This document shows, one piece after another, positions 1 to 12,264 of a DNA stretch of 64,000 bases (its first letter is position 1; each line of letters begins with the position of its first letter). A program made the translations under genes and the position numbers. The DNA lies in the NCBI GenBank assembly GCA_963749705.1, contig CAVVNQ010000018.1, positions 1 through 64,000 of the forward strand, in the 5' to 3' direction. The notes beneath the pieces were generated by a model. That model was not told where the DNA came from and made no database searches. It saw only the letters and a program-made list of their open reading frames with translations. Source of the stretch: an uncultured Chloroflexia bacterium (lineage in GTDB: Bacteria; Chloroflexota; Limnocylindria; Limnocylindrales; CSP1-4).

Positions 1-1807
<1,807 letters not shown>

Positions 1808-1865
1808 TCGCGCGTAGGCCCTGCCGGCCGGCCGGCCGGCGGGCCCGCGGGCGTCCCCCGCCGGC

Positions 1866-2621
1866 TCAGGCCAGCTTCGGCTCGGCCACCCCGCCCTCCA
1901 CGACCTGGCCATCCCGGAGCTCGATCACCCGGTCCGCCAGGTCGATCAGCATGGGGTCGTGGGTTGCCACGATGGCGGTCACGCCCTCGCTCCGGACGAG
2001 GTGCTGGATCAGCGCCATGATGCTGCGGCCGGTCTGCGAGTCCAGCTGCCCGGTCGGCTCGTCCGCCAGCAGCAGGTCGGGTCGGTTGGCCAGCGCGCGG
2101 GCGATCGCCACGCGCTGCTGCTCGCCGCCCGACAGCTCGTGCGGCCGATGATCGGCTCGGCCGCCCAGGCCCACCATGTCGAGCAGCTCGCGGACGCGCC
2201 GGTCGCGGTCGTGTGGGTCCGCCCTCACGAGGCGCAGCGGCACCTCGACGTTCTCCGCCGCCGAGAGGATCGGCAGCAGGCCGAAGGCCTGGAAGATGAA
2301 CCCGATGTTCCGTCGCCGGAAGTCGACGAGCTGTGACTCCGGCAGCTCCGACACCGCCATGCCGTCGACGGAGACGCTGCCGCGGGTCGGCCGGTCCAGG
2401 CCGCCGACCATGGACAGGAAGGTCGTCTTGCCGGATCCGGACCGCCCGCGCAGCGCGACCAGCTGACCCCGGACCACCCGGACGCTGACGTCGCGCACGG
2501 CGTGGACCGCGCCGCCGGGCATCGGGTACTCGCGCGAGAGATCCCGTGTCTCGACCATGGCGGCGATGGCCGGATCGTCCGTCAGGCGCCGCTCGGGCGG
2601 CGCATACCTCAGGTCGCCCAT
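1866..2621 (-). CDS. ABC transporter ATP-binding protein (LolD/MacB family)
   Basis: Walker [36 protein letters not shown] at 2621 overlaps the upstream stop codon. Confidence 0.93.
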   Translation of the reverse strand: MGDLRYAPPERRLTDDPAIAAMVETRDLSREYPMPGGAVHAVRDVSVRVVRGQLVALRGRSGSGKTTFLSMVGGLDRPTRGSVSVDGMAVSELPESQLVDFRRRNIGFIFQAFGLLPILSAAENVEVPLRLVRADPHDRDRRVRELLDMVGLGGRADHRPHELSGGEQQRVAIARALANRPDLLLADEPTGQLDSQTGRSIMALIQHLVRSEGVTAIVATHDPMLIDLADRVIELRDGQVVEGGVAEPKLA

Positions 2622-3622
2622 CACGCGTCCGTCCCGCCGTCGACGCCATCCCCATCGCCCGAACGGTCGCGGTCCGGCCACACGCTGATGTGGTCCGGTT
2701 CCAGGGCCAGCCGCACCCGCCGCTCGAGGCCCAGCGTCTCGACGTGGCTGCGCGGCAGCTGGAGGCGGCCGACGCGATCGAGCACGGCGTACTCCTCGCT
2801 GATGACGTGGTGGTCACCCTGCTGCGACACCGCCCGCCGGCGGAGCGTCTCGCTGCTCGTCCGGCCGTCGCGGATCGCGACCGTGCGGCTGACCTGCTCG
2901 CTGACCAGCGGGTCGTGGGTGACGACGACGATGGTCACCCCGAGCTCGTGGTTCACGGTGCGCAGCAGATCGAACACCTCGTGGGCGGTGGTCGTGTCGA
3001 GCTCGCCGGTGGGCTCGTCCGCGAACAGCACCGCCGGCTGGTTGGCGAGCGCCACGGCGATCGCCACCCGCTGCTGCTCGCCGCCGGACAGGCGCTCCGG
3101 ACGGTGCTCGCCGCGATCGGCCAGCCCGACCCGCGCCAGCAGGTCCATCGCCCGCGCTTCGCGCTCGCCGCGCCCGATCCCGTTGAGCAGCATCGGCAGC
3201 TCCACGTTCTGCCGCGCGGTCAGGTACGAGAGCAGGTTGCGTGCGGTCTGCTGCCATACGAAGCCGATCACCCGGCGCCGGTAGTCGGTCCGCCGCTGGC
3301 GCCCCATCTCACCCAGGTCGTGCCCGGCGACCACGGCTCGACCGGCCGACGGGACGTCGAGCCCGCCCAGGATGTTCATGAGGGTGCTCTTGCCGCTGCC
3401 GGAGGCACCGACCAGGGCGATGAACTCGCCCGCCTCGACCTGAAGGTCGAGACCCTGGAGGGCCACCACCTCGAGGTTGGCGACCTTGTAGATCCTGACC
3501 AGGTTATCGCACGCGATCAGCGGGCCGTCGTACCGCGCACGGCGCGACTGCGGCACGGTTCGAGCCGTCCGGCTGGCGACGTCGCCTGCCGATGTGCCGG
3601 GGTCGGTACGTTCCTGGGTCAT
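2621..3622 (-). CDS. ABC transporter ATP-binding protein (LolD/MacB family) with C-terminal AbrB/MazE-like extension
   Basis: [27 protein letters not shown]; tail [24 protein letters not shown]. Confidence 0.93.
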   Translation of the reverse strand: MTQERTDPGTSAGDVASRTARTVPQSRRARYDGPLIACDNLVRIYKVANLEVVALQGLDLQVEAGEFIALVGASGSGKSTLMNILGGLDVPSAGRAVVAGHDLGEMGRQRRTDYRRRVIGFVWQQTARNLLSYLTARQNVELPMLLNGIGRGEREARAMDLLARVGLADRGEHRPERLSGGEQQRVAIAVALANQPAVLFADEPTGELDTTTAHEVFDLLRTVNHELGVTIVVVTHDPLVSEQVSRTVAIRDGRTSSETLRRRAVSQQGDHHVISEEYAVLDRVGRLQLPRSHVETLGLERRVRLALEPDHISVWPDRDRSGDGDGVDGGTDA

Positions 3623-3637
3623 GTCCGCTCCATCAGG

Positions 3638-6439
3638 TCAATCCTCGCCGATCCGCAGCGCATCCACCAATCGCGCCCGGCGCGACAGCCACGTCCCGGC
3701 CGCCACCGCCGCCGCAACGACCCCGATCAGCGCCGCGAGCATGACCAGCAGCGCCACCCAGTCGACGACCAGTGGCAGGCCGCTGGTGCCGACGAACGCG
3801 GCGAACCCGAGGCCGGGCTCGAGCAGGAACGCAACGCCGATCCCGAGCGCGACGCCGGGGACGAGCGCCAGCAGGACGGGCGGCGCGTGCTCCACGAACG
3901 TGAGCGCCAGCGCCTGGCGGGCGGTCACCCCGAGGGTTCGCAGGTACGCGAGGTCCTGGGTCCGGCGCGCCGCGGACAGGACGACGGTGCCGATGATCGC
4001 GAGCGCCATGTACATCGCGGCAACGATCAGCGCCAGCGCGTAGCCGGTGGCGACCGCCGCGCCGAGCGGCGCGTCATGGAGCGCGTCATATGCGTGATAG
4101 CGCGAGATGATGCGGGTCGAGCCGGCCACCGCGTCGATGGCATCGGCCAGTGGCTGCGCCGCGTCCGCGGAGCCACGCAGCCACATGACGGTCGGGGGCT
4201 GGGTCCTTCCGAGCGCCGCCTGGACCCAGTTGAACGGCACCACGGCGAACGGCGTCGATGCGGCGATCCCCGGGAAGCTCGCCCGTTGCTCGACGAGCCG
4301 GAACGTGAGGTCCTGGCCCACGACCGTGATCCGGAACGTGTCACCCGGCGCGAGGCCGGCGCTGCCTGCCGGAAGCCGCTGGGACAGGATCGCCGGGATC
4401 GGGTTCTCCGGGGTGCCGATCGCGGTGCCCGCCGGGTCTGCCACCAGGGCGTCCGGCCATGCCGGGTCGGCGGCCGAGCCGCGGGCGACCGCCTCGTACG
4501 CCAGCGGGTCGATGGCCTCGAGATGGATCGTGGCGTGCTGGACGTCGGTGTCGGCAAAGGCGGCCCGGCTGTCCACGATCCCGGGCGCGACCGCGTCGAT
4601 GCCCGCGATCGACGATGGATCCAGCGACGGCGCCAGCGATCCGATCGCCGTCCGCTCGATCCGATAGTCCGCGCCGACGGCGAGGTACGAGGCGGCAACC
4701 TGCCCGCGATCGATGCTCGACACGATCACCGATGAGAAGGCTCCGAACGCGGCCGTCAGCATGAGCACGAGCAGCGCCAGGTTCGCTGCGGCCGGGTGCC
4801 GCCCGATCATGCGCAGGCCCAGCACCGGGACCAGGTCGTGACGCCTGGCCGCGAGCCAGCCGAGCGTGCGGACAGGCAGCGGGTAGAGGCGCAGGGCCAC
4901 GATCCCCGCCGCCAGACCGCACAGCACCGGAGCCGCCGCCAGCAGGGGGTTGAAGGTCGCCGTGGCGCCGTCGGCAAGGGTCAGGCCGCGCTCGCGGAGC
5001 AGCAGGGCACCCGCGCCCGCGATGACCACGATCGTCAGCTCGAGGACGAGGCGGCGCGGCGCAACGCGGAGCCCGGGGGGATCGTCGCGCTCCAGCTGGC
5101 CCAGCTGACGCCGGGCCATCGGCCACGTGGAGCCCAGCAGGAGCAGGATGGCACCCCCGCCCACCGCCGCCGCGAGGATCGGCGAGAGGCTGCTGGCCCG
5201 GGCTGGGATGGCGATCACCGCGCCGAGCAGCCCCACCAGCGACGCGCCGCCCGCGATCAGGATCGCCTCCCACAGCTCGGTGCCCAGCACCAGCGCGCCG
5301 GATGCCCCCCGGCCGCGGGCGAGCGCGAGCGCGGCCCGTCGGCGCGCGGCGAGCAGGATCGCCAGCATCGCCAGCACACCGCCGGCCAGCCCGAACGGAC
5401 CGATGGCGGCGACGGACAGGATCGACTCGGACCGGGCGCGCTGCTCGGCGTAGGCGTCGAGGATCCCCGGCAGGCCGGTGCGCAGCTGGACGGTGCCGGG
5501 CGCGGCGATGGCGGAGAAGGCGGCGATGGAATCGAGGTGCCGCAGGTCCGTCCGAAGCTGTTCCACCTTCCCGCCGTCGAGTCGTTGCGGGTCGACCTGG
5601 AGCCGCCACTCGTAATGGAACGGGAGGCCGCTCGCCCACAGGTCCGGGTACGCGTCGGCGGGGATGTAGGCAGCGGCCTGGAACACGGGGTCGAAGAACG
5701 TGCCCACCTGCACGACATGGAGCAGGCTCCGGTCGTCCGCCCAATACTCGGCGGTCGGGTCGATCGGGTCGAACAGCCCGACCACCTCGATGTCGACCGG
5801 CGCGAGCTGCAGCGGCGTGCCCGACAGCATCGGATCGGTCCCGTCAAGCCCCAGCGCGACGCGATCGCCCAGCTCGAGGCCCATCTCGAATGCCTCCGCG
5901 CTGGACAGCGCGACCTCGAGGACCACCGGCGCCGCCTGGTCGCTGCCAGCAGCGGACCCCGACCCGTTCCGCCAGGTGGCCAGGGGAACCGGCACGCCCC
6001 GGTCGACCGGCCAACGCCCGGCGACGAGCGTGGTCGCCTCGCTCAGACCGTCCTGGTACTGCAGCGACAGGTATGAGAAGTTCGGGTCCGCCGTGGCGAA
6101 GCGCACGCTGGTCACGCGCAGCAGGCGATCGGCGATCAGGGCGGCGAGCGAGGCTGGAAGCTGCTCCGCCAGCTGGTCGCCGCGCGCGCGGACCTCGCTG
6201 ACGCCGCCTTCGAGACCCGGCGACAGCCTGGCGGCCTCGGCGAGCACGACGTTGCGCTGCACGGACGGCGCCGCCCGCGCCGCGTACCGCACCGCGTCGT
6301 CGCTTGCGCGGTTGAACAGCCGTGGGGCGGCGGCGAACAGGAAGCTCGTCGCGGCGATCACGAGGAACAGGAGCGTGATCATCCGGAGCTCGGCACGAAG
6401 ACGGCGCAGGAGCAGTCCCGCGGCCCACAGAGAACGCAC
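3638..6439 (-). CDS. Large FtsX/MacB-like ABC permease (~933 aa)
   Basis: Multiple TM segments and FtsX motifs (ALARGRGAS, AYLRTLGVT). Start placed at GTG 6439, just after the upstream stop; the 1255-aa ORF over-extends it. Confidence 0.88.
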   Translation of the reverse strand: MRSLWAAGLLLRRLRAELRMITLLFLVIAATSFLFAAAPRLFNRASDDAVRYAARAAPSVQRNVVLAEAARLSPGLEGGVSEVRARGDQLAEQLPASLAALIADRLLRVTSVRFATADPNFSYLSLQYQDGLSEATTLVAGRWPVDRGVPVPLATWRNGSGSAAGSDQAAPVVLEVALSSAEAFEMGLELGDRVALGLDGTDPMLSGTPLQLAPVDIEVVGLFDPIDPTAEYWADDRSLLHVVQVGTFFDPVFQAAAYIPADAYPDLWASGLPFHYEWRLQVDPQRLDGGKVEQLRTDLRHLDSIAAFSAIAAPGTVQLRTGLPGILDAYAEQRARSESILSVAAIGPFGLAGGVLAMLAILLAARRRAALALARGRGASGALVLGTELWEAILIAGGASLVGLLGAVIAIPARASSLSPILAAAVGGGAILLLLGSTWPMARRQLGQLERDDPPGLRVAPRRLVLELTIVVIAGAGALLLRERGLTLADGATATFNPLLAAAPVLCGLAAGIVALRLYPLPVRTLGWLAARRHDLVPVLGLRMIGRHPAAANLALLVLMLTAAFGAFSSVIVSSIDRGQVAASYLAVGADYRIERTAIGSLAPSLDPSSIAGIDAVAPGIVDSRAAFADTDVQHATIHLEAIDPLAYEAVARGSAADPAWPDALVADPAGTAIGTPENPIPAILSQRLPAGSAGLAPGDTFRITVVGQDLTFRLVEQRASFPGIAASTPFAVVPFNWVQAALGRTQPPTVMWLRGSADAAQPLADAIDAVAGSTRIISRYHAYDALHDAPLGAAVATGYALALIVAAMYMALAIIGTVVLSAARRTQDLAYLRTLGVTARQALALTFVEHAPPVLLALVPGVALGIGVAFLLEPGLGFAAFVGTSGLPLVVDWVALLVMLAALIGVVAAAVAAGTWLSRRARLVDALRIGED

Positions 6440-6441
6440 GG

Positions 6442-9400
6442 TCAGTCCTCGCCCATGCGCAGGACGCTGCCCACGCCCAGCCGTCGCAGGACGCTGCCGA
6501 TGGCAACCACCGCCACGCCCAGCGCCAGGGCGCTGGCGACGTCGAGCAGCAGGATGCGGTCCCACGGCAGCTGGACGATGACCGGGGGCACCGGTGCCGT
6601 GGCGCGCTGGGTCACGGTGACGAACGGGAGCACGATCCAGCCGATCAGGAGCCCGAGACCTGTCCCGGTCAGCAGGCCGACCAGCACCAGGCTGCCGTTC
6701 TCGAGCCACAGCCAGCTCGACAGCTGCCGCCCGGACAGGCCCAATGCGCGCAGCAGCGCGAACTCGGTGCGCCGCTCCCGCGCCGAGACGGCGGCGCTCA
6801 CGGTCAGGCCGACGATGGCGAACAGCCCGGTGGCGACAAAGCCGAGGGCGAGGGCGCCGATGATGCCGATCGCGACCGGGTCCGTGCTGAGGCTGCGCGA
6901 GCGGTCCACCGCGCTCACGACCTGGGCGCTGTCGAACGGGCTGTCGCGCAGGGCCGCCGCCAGCGCGTCCTGCCGGCCGGCGGCAACCTGCATCCACCAC
7001 TCGTCCGCGCTGCGCGCGATGCCGTTCGCCTGGAGCCGCATGAGGCCGAGCGTGGGCTCGTCGACGATCAGCAGCGGGCGGTCCGGATCGGTGGTCGGGA
7101 ACGTGTCGACGACCCCCGCGATCGACACACGCCGGCTGACACCGTCCACGCTCAACGTGATCGTGTCGTCCGTTGCCGACGCCGTGGCGGCCAGGAAGGC
7201 GCGGTTTGCGATCACCGGCATGGCCCCGGTGACCGAGGTGATGGAGGACGGCAGGAACATGAGCCGGGCGGCCACCTGGCCGCCGCCGTTGCCGAACAGG
7301 GTGTTCTGCTGGTCCTCGTTGGTGATCTGCACCGCGGTGCCGCGCGTCCGGCCGGCGGGCACCGCCACCAGCGGCCGTAGCCCTGCTGCCATCTGCGCGC
7401 TCCATGGGCCGTTGTCATCCAGGTGCACCACGGCCCAGGGCCCCGCCGGATCGTGTCCCGCGGACACGCCGGCCACGCCCACGAGCGCAACGTTCACGAT
7501 CAGATCGTTCGGCAGCCACACCGTGATGCCCACGCCGGCAAGCTCGATGGGCCCGTCGAGCCGGGCGCCCACCTCGTCCACGATCGGCGCGCTGTGCACG
7601 GCCACCGGCTCGAGCGGCACGACGATGGACGTGTCCGGTCCGTTCACCGGCGTCGGATCGGACTCGACGCGGTACAGCAGTCCCGCTGCGTCGCGCACGA
7701 GCGCATTCACGCTCACCTTGAGATCGGTCAGCGAGGCGGGATCCAGGCGCTCGACGTGCCCGGCGCCGGTGCCGGGGTCGAATACGAACCGGCCGACCGA
7801 GGTGAGGTCGAGCAGGGGCGAGATTCGCAGGTACGCGGTCCCCGCCGGCAGCGGCACCAGGCTCGGTTCCGGTCGCCCATCGCGCAGCGCCTGCATCAGG
7901 TCGCCCAGCGGCTGGGCCGCCTGGTCCTCACGGAGGAGCGTGATCCCGGCTGCGGTCTGGGCATCGATCCCGAGCAGGTCGCCCGCGCCGGCCGCGAACG
8001 AGACGCCGTTCGCGATCCGCTCGACGGGCGACAGCTGCTCGACGCCGGCCAGCCCCGCATATTCGCCGGGGAGGGCCCAAGCGGGCAGGGCGCCGAGCGC
8101 GTGACCCGGCACGACGCGGACATCGGCTCCCGCCTGGTAGGCAGCCTGGTCGCGCTGCGAGCCGGACCAGGTCGCCGCGTACGAGACGGCGAACACGCCC
8201 ATCGAGATGGCGATCATGAGCATCAGCGCGGATCGGGTGTAGCGCAGCGGGCGCCGGGCCAGCTGGCGGGTGCCGAGCGAGGCCACCAGGTCCCGCCGGC
8301 GCGAGACCGCAGCCTCCACGCCCTGGGCCAGCAGCGGCAGGACGCGCAATGCCAGGACACCGCCCGCGAGCAGGCTGATCGCGGGCGCGGCCACGAGCAG
8401 CGGATCGAGGCCCAGGCTGCCCTGGACGGTGCGCGTCAGCGGCGCTCCGTAGAGCCGCAGCTGCCACAGCCCGATCCCGGAGATCGCCAGGAGTGCGATG
8501 TCGAGCCCCATCCGCTGGCCGAACGTGCGCGTCTCCTGCCGGGAGAGCCCGCGCTGCTCGGCCGCGAAGCTGCGCGCGGCGAGGAACGCGGGCAGCACAA
8601 GAAGCGCCACGCACACGCCAGCGATGGCGCCGGCGAACACGTACCCGTCCACGGTGACCCGCGGCTGGAGGCTGAGCCCGATGTCGGCCAGCGGTCCGGC
8701 GATGCCGAGCACGGCCACGGCGGCGACCGCCAGCCACGGGCCGAGGATCACCGCGGGGATCGCGAGCATCAGCCCCTCCATGAGCGCCAGCGACGCCACC
8801 TGCAGGGGCTCGGCGCCGCGGGACAGGAGGAGGGAGGTGTCGACCCGCCGATGATCGACGAGGAGCGAGGCGATCAGGATGATCGCGTAGATGGCCAGGA
8901 TCGCAAGCTGGGCCATGAGCACCAGCATGTTGGTGCGGCTCACCAGCATCGAGCGCTCGGCGTCGCCCAGGAGGGTGGGCAATCCGGTCGCGATGTAGGG
9001 CGCCTCGCCGGTATCGATCCTGAGGCGGTCGGGCAGGGCCTCGAGCGCGCCCCGCAGCGACGCGACGTCGTCCACCGACAGTCGGGCAAGGTCCGGGTAC
9101 GCACGCCACCAGGCATGGACCGAGACGATGGGGGTGTGGAGCAGGAGATCGTTCGACGTCGCCAGGAACGGCCCGAACGTCCGGAAGCCCTCCCCGTCCA
9201 CGATCCCGGACGTCAGCTGCTCGTCGCCATGCCAGAACGGGTCGACGACCGAATCGATCGCGAAGATGCCCGCCAGGCGCACCTGGACCCTGGCTGCGTT
9301 GCCCTCCTGGGTCACCAGCGACAGCTCGTCGCCCACCGCCAGCCGGAGCTCGCTGGCGACGGCGTCGACGACCGCCACCTCGATCGGCCCGGATGCACCG

Positions 9401-9837
9401 GAGCGGTCGGCCGGCCAGCTGCCGTCGATCAGGGTGGCGTGGTCGGCAAGCCCGTCGAGCGAGCCCAGCGTCGCGAGGTCACCGGCGCGGATCGATGGCC
9501 GGCTGGCGATCGTGAGCGTCGCGCTGCTCCGCACCTCGCGCAGGACGCTGCCGCCCACGGTCGCAATCGCCTGCCGGAGGTCGGCCACCATCGAGCCGTC
9601 GATATCCGCGACATGCGACGGAGTGCCGTAGAGCGACACGTCGATCGAGGTGTCGCCGGCCGGCGCGTCGGCGACCGTCCGTCCCAGGCCGGCAGACGAG
9701 GCCGCAACCCAGTACACGGGTCCTGCGGCGACGAGGGCGGCAGCGAGGAGCGTGACCAGCCAGGCGGCGGCAACGATCGGCCAGTCCGCGCGGCTTCGGC
9801 GCAGGCTCACCCGGAACGCCGCGATCAACGCGTGCAC
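6442..9837 (-). CDS. Large FtsX/MacB-like ABC permease (1131 aa)
   Basis: LLLSRGA and RRTEFALLRALGLS motifs, two large extracytoplasmic loops. Ends LRMGED, like the downstream paralog's LRIGED. Confidence 0.9.
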   Translation of the reverse strand: MHALIAAFRVSLRRSRADWPIVAAAWLVTLLAAALVAAGPVYWVAASSAGLGRTVADAPAGDTSIDVSLYGTPSHVADIDGSMVADLRQAIATVGGSVLREVRSSATLTIASRPSIRAGDLATLGSLDGLADHATLIDGSWPADRSGASGPIEVAVVDAVASELRLAVGDELSLVTQEGNAARVQVRLAGIFAIDSVVDPFWHGDEQLTSGIVDGEGFRTFGPFLATSNDLLLHTPIVSVHAWWRAYPDLARLSVDDVASLRGALEALPDRLRIDTGEAPYIATGLPTLLGDAERSMLVSRTNMLVLMAQLAILAIYAIILIASLLVDHRRVDTSLLLSRGAEPLQVASLALMEGLMLAIPAVILGPWLAVAAVAVLGIAGPLADIGLSLQPRVTVDGYVFAGAIAGVCVALLVLPAFLAARSFAAEQRGLSRQETRTFGQRMGLDIALLAISGIGLWQLRLYGAPLTRTVQGSLGLDPLLVAAPAISLLAGGVLALRVLPLLAQGVEAAVSRRRDLVASLGTRQLARRPLRYTRSALMLMIAISMGVFAVSYAATWSGSQRDQAAYQAGADVRVVPGHALGALPAWALPGEYAGLAGVEQLSPVERIANGVSFAAGAGDLLGIDAQTAAGITLLREDQAAQPLGDLMQALRDGRPEPSLVPLPAGTAYLRISPLLDLTSVGRFVFDPGTGAGHVERLDPASLTDLKVSVNALVRDAAGLLYRVESDPTPVNGPDTSIVVPLEPVAVHSAPIVDEVGARLDGPIELAGVGITVWLPNDLIVNVALVGVAGVSAGHDPAGPWAVVHLDDNGPWSAQMAAGLRPLVAVPAGRTRGTAVQITNEDQQNTLFGNGGGQVAARLMFLPSSITSVTGAMPVIANRAFLAATASATDDTITLSVDGVSRRVSIAGVVDTFPTTDPDRPLLIVDEPTLGLMRLQANGIARSADEWWMQVAAGRQDALAAALRDSPFDSAQVVSAVDRSRSLSTDPVAIGIIGALALGFVATGLFAIVGLTVSAAVSARERRTEFALLRALGLSGRQLSSWLWLENGSLVLVGLLTGTGLGLLIGWIVLPFVTVTQRATAPVPPVIVQLPWDRILLLDVASALALGVAVVAIGSVLRRLGVGSVLRMGED

Positions 9838-10087
9838 GGACGGCTCTCACCCGGATCGGCGGCGCTACGGTGCGCGGCGAGGTCGCACGGACATCCGAGG
9901 GTGTCACGGGAGTCCAGCAGCGCGGCGTCGTGCATCGCGGGGTCCTTGGCAGCGGCAGCATCGCTCTTGAAAGGGCCGCCGCCTGTCACCGGGCTGGGTC
10001 CCGCGGCATTGTATGGCCGCCGCCGCCCAGTCCGCCGCGCTCGGAGGCGAGAAGCCTGAGGGACCTCGCTTGATGCTCAGAAGCTGC

Positions 10088-10172
10088 TGGTGGGCCGGGG
10101 CAGAATCGAACTGCCACAGCCGAAGGCGAGGGTTTTACAGACCCTTGGGCTCACCACCTGCCCAACCGACCC
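10088..10172 (-). tRNA. tRNA-Tyr (GTA)
   Basis: Reverse complement folds as acceptor GGGTCGG/CCGGCCC, anticodon arm AGGGT-CTGTAAA-ACCCT, long variable arm, T arm GGCAG-TTCGATT-CTGCC, encoded CCA. Confidence 0.95.
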
Positions 10173-10291
10173 ACGGAGATTGATCGCCGTCACGCGCCTG
10201 CGGGGGACCTGACGACCGGACGGGATGGTACCGCACGCGTGTCGCCCGTGCCGAGGTACGGAGGGATCTGACGGGATCGGCGGGGAGGGGA

Positions 10292-10367
<76 letters not shown>

Positions 10368-10460
10368 ACCGGGAGGTCGGCGGCGAGCCGCCCGACCGGG
10401 CGCGAAGTGTAGCACGGGACGACTCCCGGTCCGACCTTCGAGGCCCCGTAGACTCCGCCG

Positions 10461-11357
10461 ATGCCCACCGGTCTGCTGCTCGGCCTGTTCGCCTCCGTGG
10501 TGTGGGGGTTCACCGACCTGACGGCGGCCCTCGCCTCTCGACGGATCGGCAGCCTGCGAGCGCTCGCCGGCGCTCAGGTCGTGAGTCTGTGCCTGTTGGG
10601 GATCGGCATCGCGCTCGACCCGGCGCGGCTGGGATCCACGCCCCTGCAGGGCATCGTCGCCGGCCTCCCGCTCGGCGTCGTCGCCGCCGCCGCGTATCTC
10701 GCGTTCTTCACCGCGCTCCGGATCGGCCCGATCAGCGTGGTCAGCCCGGTCGTGGCCGCGTACGGCGGCGCGACGGTCGTGCTCGCCGTGGCGTTCCGGG
10801 GCGAGACGCTCCAGCCGCTGCAGGCGGCGGGCGCTGCGTGCGCGACGGTTGGCGTCGTCCTGACCGGCCTGGTGTTCCACGGGTCGCTGCGCGGGACGAG
10901 GATCGTGGGACCGGGGGTGATGATCGCCGTCGCCACGCTGCTGATGTTCGCGATCCTGACGGTCTCGCTGGCGGGACCGATCAAGGCATACGGCTGGATG
11001 CCGGTGATCCTGGGGTCGCGGCTGATGAACACGCTGACCGCCATCGCCATGCTGGGGGTGGCGCTGCGGTCCCGATCGCCGCGCCTGGGACCGCTGCTCC
11101 AGCCGGCCGGTGGGTGGAATCGGATGGCGCTCGCGCTGGTGTTCGTCGCCGCGACCTTCGACTTCGCCGGGTTCGTTGCCTACGCCATCGGGCTCGAGGT
11201 GTCGTTTGCGTGGCTGGTCGGCCTGGCGAGCTCGTTCGGACCCGTGATCGCGGTCGTCTATGCCGTGGGATGGCTGGGCGAGCGCCTGCGACCGACCCAG
11301 TGGTTCGGCCTGGGGCTGATCGTGGTCGGGCTCGTAGTGCTCGCGGTCGCGAGCTAG
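10461..11357 (+). CDS. EamA/DMT family transporter
   Basis: About 10 TM helices in two repeats; GPISVVSPV...FRGE and WLGERL motifs. Confidence 0.88.
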   Translation: MPTGLLLGLFASVVWGFTDLTAALASRRIGSLRALAGAQVVSLCLLGIGIALDPARLGSTPLQGIVAGLPLGVVAAAAYLAFFTALRIGPISVVSPVVAAYGGATVVLAVAFRGETLQPLQAAGAACATVGVVLTGLVFHGSLRGTRIVGPGVMIAVATLLMFAILTVSLAGPIKAYGWMPVILGSRLMNTLTAIAMLGVALRSRSPRLGPLLQPAGGWNRMALALVFVAATFDFAGFVAYAIGLEVSFAWLVGLASSFGPVIAVVYAVGWLGERLRPTQWFGLGLIVVGLVVLAVAS

Positions 11358-12115
11358 CGAGCCGAGGCCGGCGGGACGCCCGCCTCGCTGTGGCCGATCG
11401 CCGCGTCGCTTGCCAGCGCCGCCAGCAGCGCGCGGAGGGCAGGCCCTGGGAGCGGCACACGGGCGCCGGCGTTCCGCCAGTGGACGACTCGTTCGGACGC
11501 GTGGCCTGCTGCCGGGATCGCCACGACCGCCGCGAGCCGCAGGAGCCCGGCATGAAAGGCCGCGGATCCACTCAGGCCGAAGGCTTCGAAGAACGCGTCC
11601 TCGCGCCGGTCGGCGCGATCGCGCAGGTTCCGCACGGCGGCGCCGGGGTCCGGCGACGGCTCATCCCCGCTGAGGGCCACCACGATCACGTTCGCGGCCG
11701 ACGGCGGCAGCTGCCGGAGCTTGGCCAGGATCGCGGGCTCCAGCGCCGCGTTGCCGCTGCCGCGCCTGCGGGTCACCTCCACGTTGAAGGCGCGACCGGC
11801 TCGGAACGTGACGGTGAAGTCGGGGCCCCGACGACCGGCACCGTAGGCTTCGAACGCGAGCGCGATGCGACGGTCGGCGAGCAGGAGCGCCGCGACCTGC
11901 AGCTCGGCGCGGACGTCGAGCCTGGCGTCGGTCGACGTCGCTCCCCGCAGCTTCTTGCGGATCTTGTCCCGGTTCGTCTCGACGAATGCCCGGAACCGGG
12001 GGGAGGTCGCGAGCCACGCCGGCATGTCGGCGATCTCCGGGTCCGGTGCCGGGGCATCCGCCAGGTATGCGACGAGCCGCTGGATCGTGGGCGTTGCGAT
12101 GGTCCGCTGGGTCAC
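11354..12115 (-). CDS. Hypothetical protein with PD-(D/E)xK-like nuclease motif
   Basis: Coding-like ORF with AELQV...GPDF...NVEVT pattern; start uncertain (12115 or 12133). Confidence 0.6.
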   Translation of the reverse strand: MTQRTIATPTIQRLVAYLADAPAPDPEIADMPAWLATSPRFRAFVETNRDKIRKKLRGATSTDARLDVRAELQVAALLLADRRIALAFEAYGAGRRGPDFTVTFRAGRAFNVEVTRRRGSGNAALEPAILAKLRQLPPSAANVIVVALSGDEPSPDPGAAVRNLRDRADRREDAFFEAFGLSGSAAFHAGLLRLAAVVAIPAAGHASERVVHWRNAGARVPLPGPALRALLAALASDAAIGHSEAGVPPASAR

Positions 12116-12226
12116 GCGCCCATCCTGCCGCAATGCATGTGCGCTGTCTGCCGTCGCCCGATCCGGGCTGCCCGAATGGCCCCGAAAGCCCGATCCTGCG
12201 CCGCCTGACCGCGAACCGCCGGGCTG

Positions 12227-12254
12227 TTGACAGATCGAACATCCGTTCTATTAT
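12227..12254 (+). promoter_or_regulatory. Sigma70-type promoter with LexA (SOS) box between -35 and -10
   Basis: TTGACA (12227-32), GAAC-ATCC-GTTC (12237-48), TATTAT (12249-54). Matches the Gram-positive/Chloroflexota LexA consensus GAAC-N4-GTTC and lies directly upstream of imuA. Confidence 0.88.
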
Positions 12255-12264
12255 TGGACGTCCG

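Noticed and set aside
3638-7405. 1255-aa ORF as given in the track
   Set aside because: The N-terminal ~320 aa is an off-frame reading of the upstream permease; the real gene begins near 6439.
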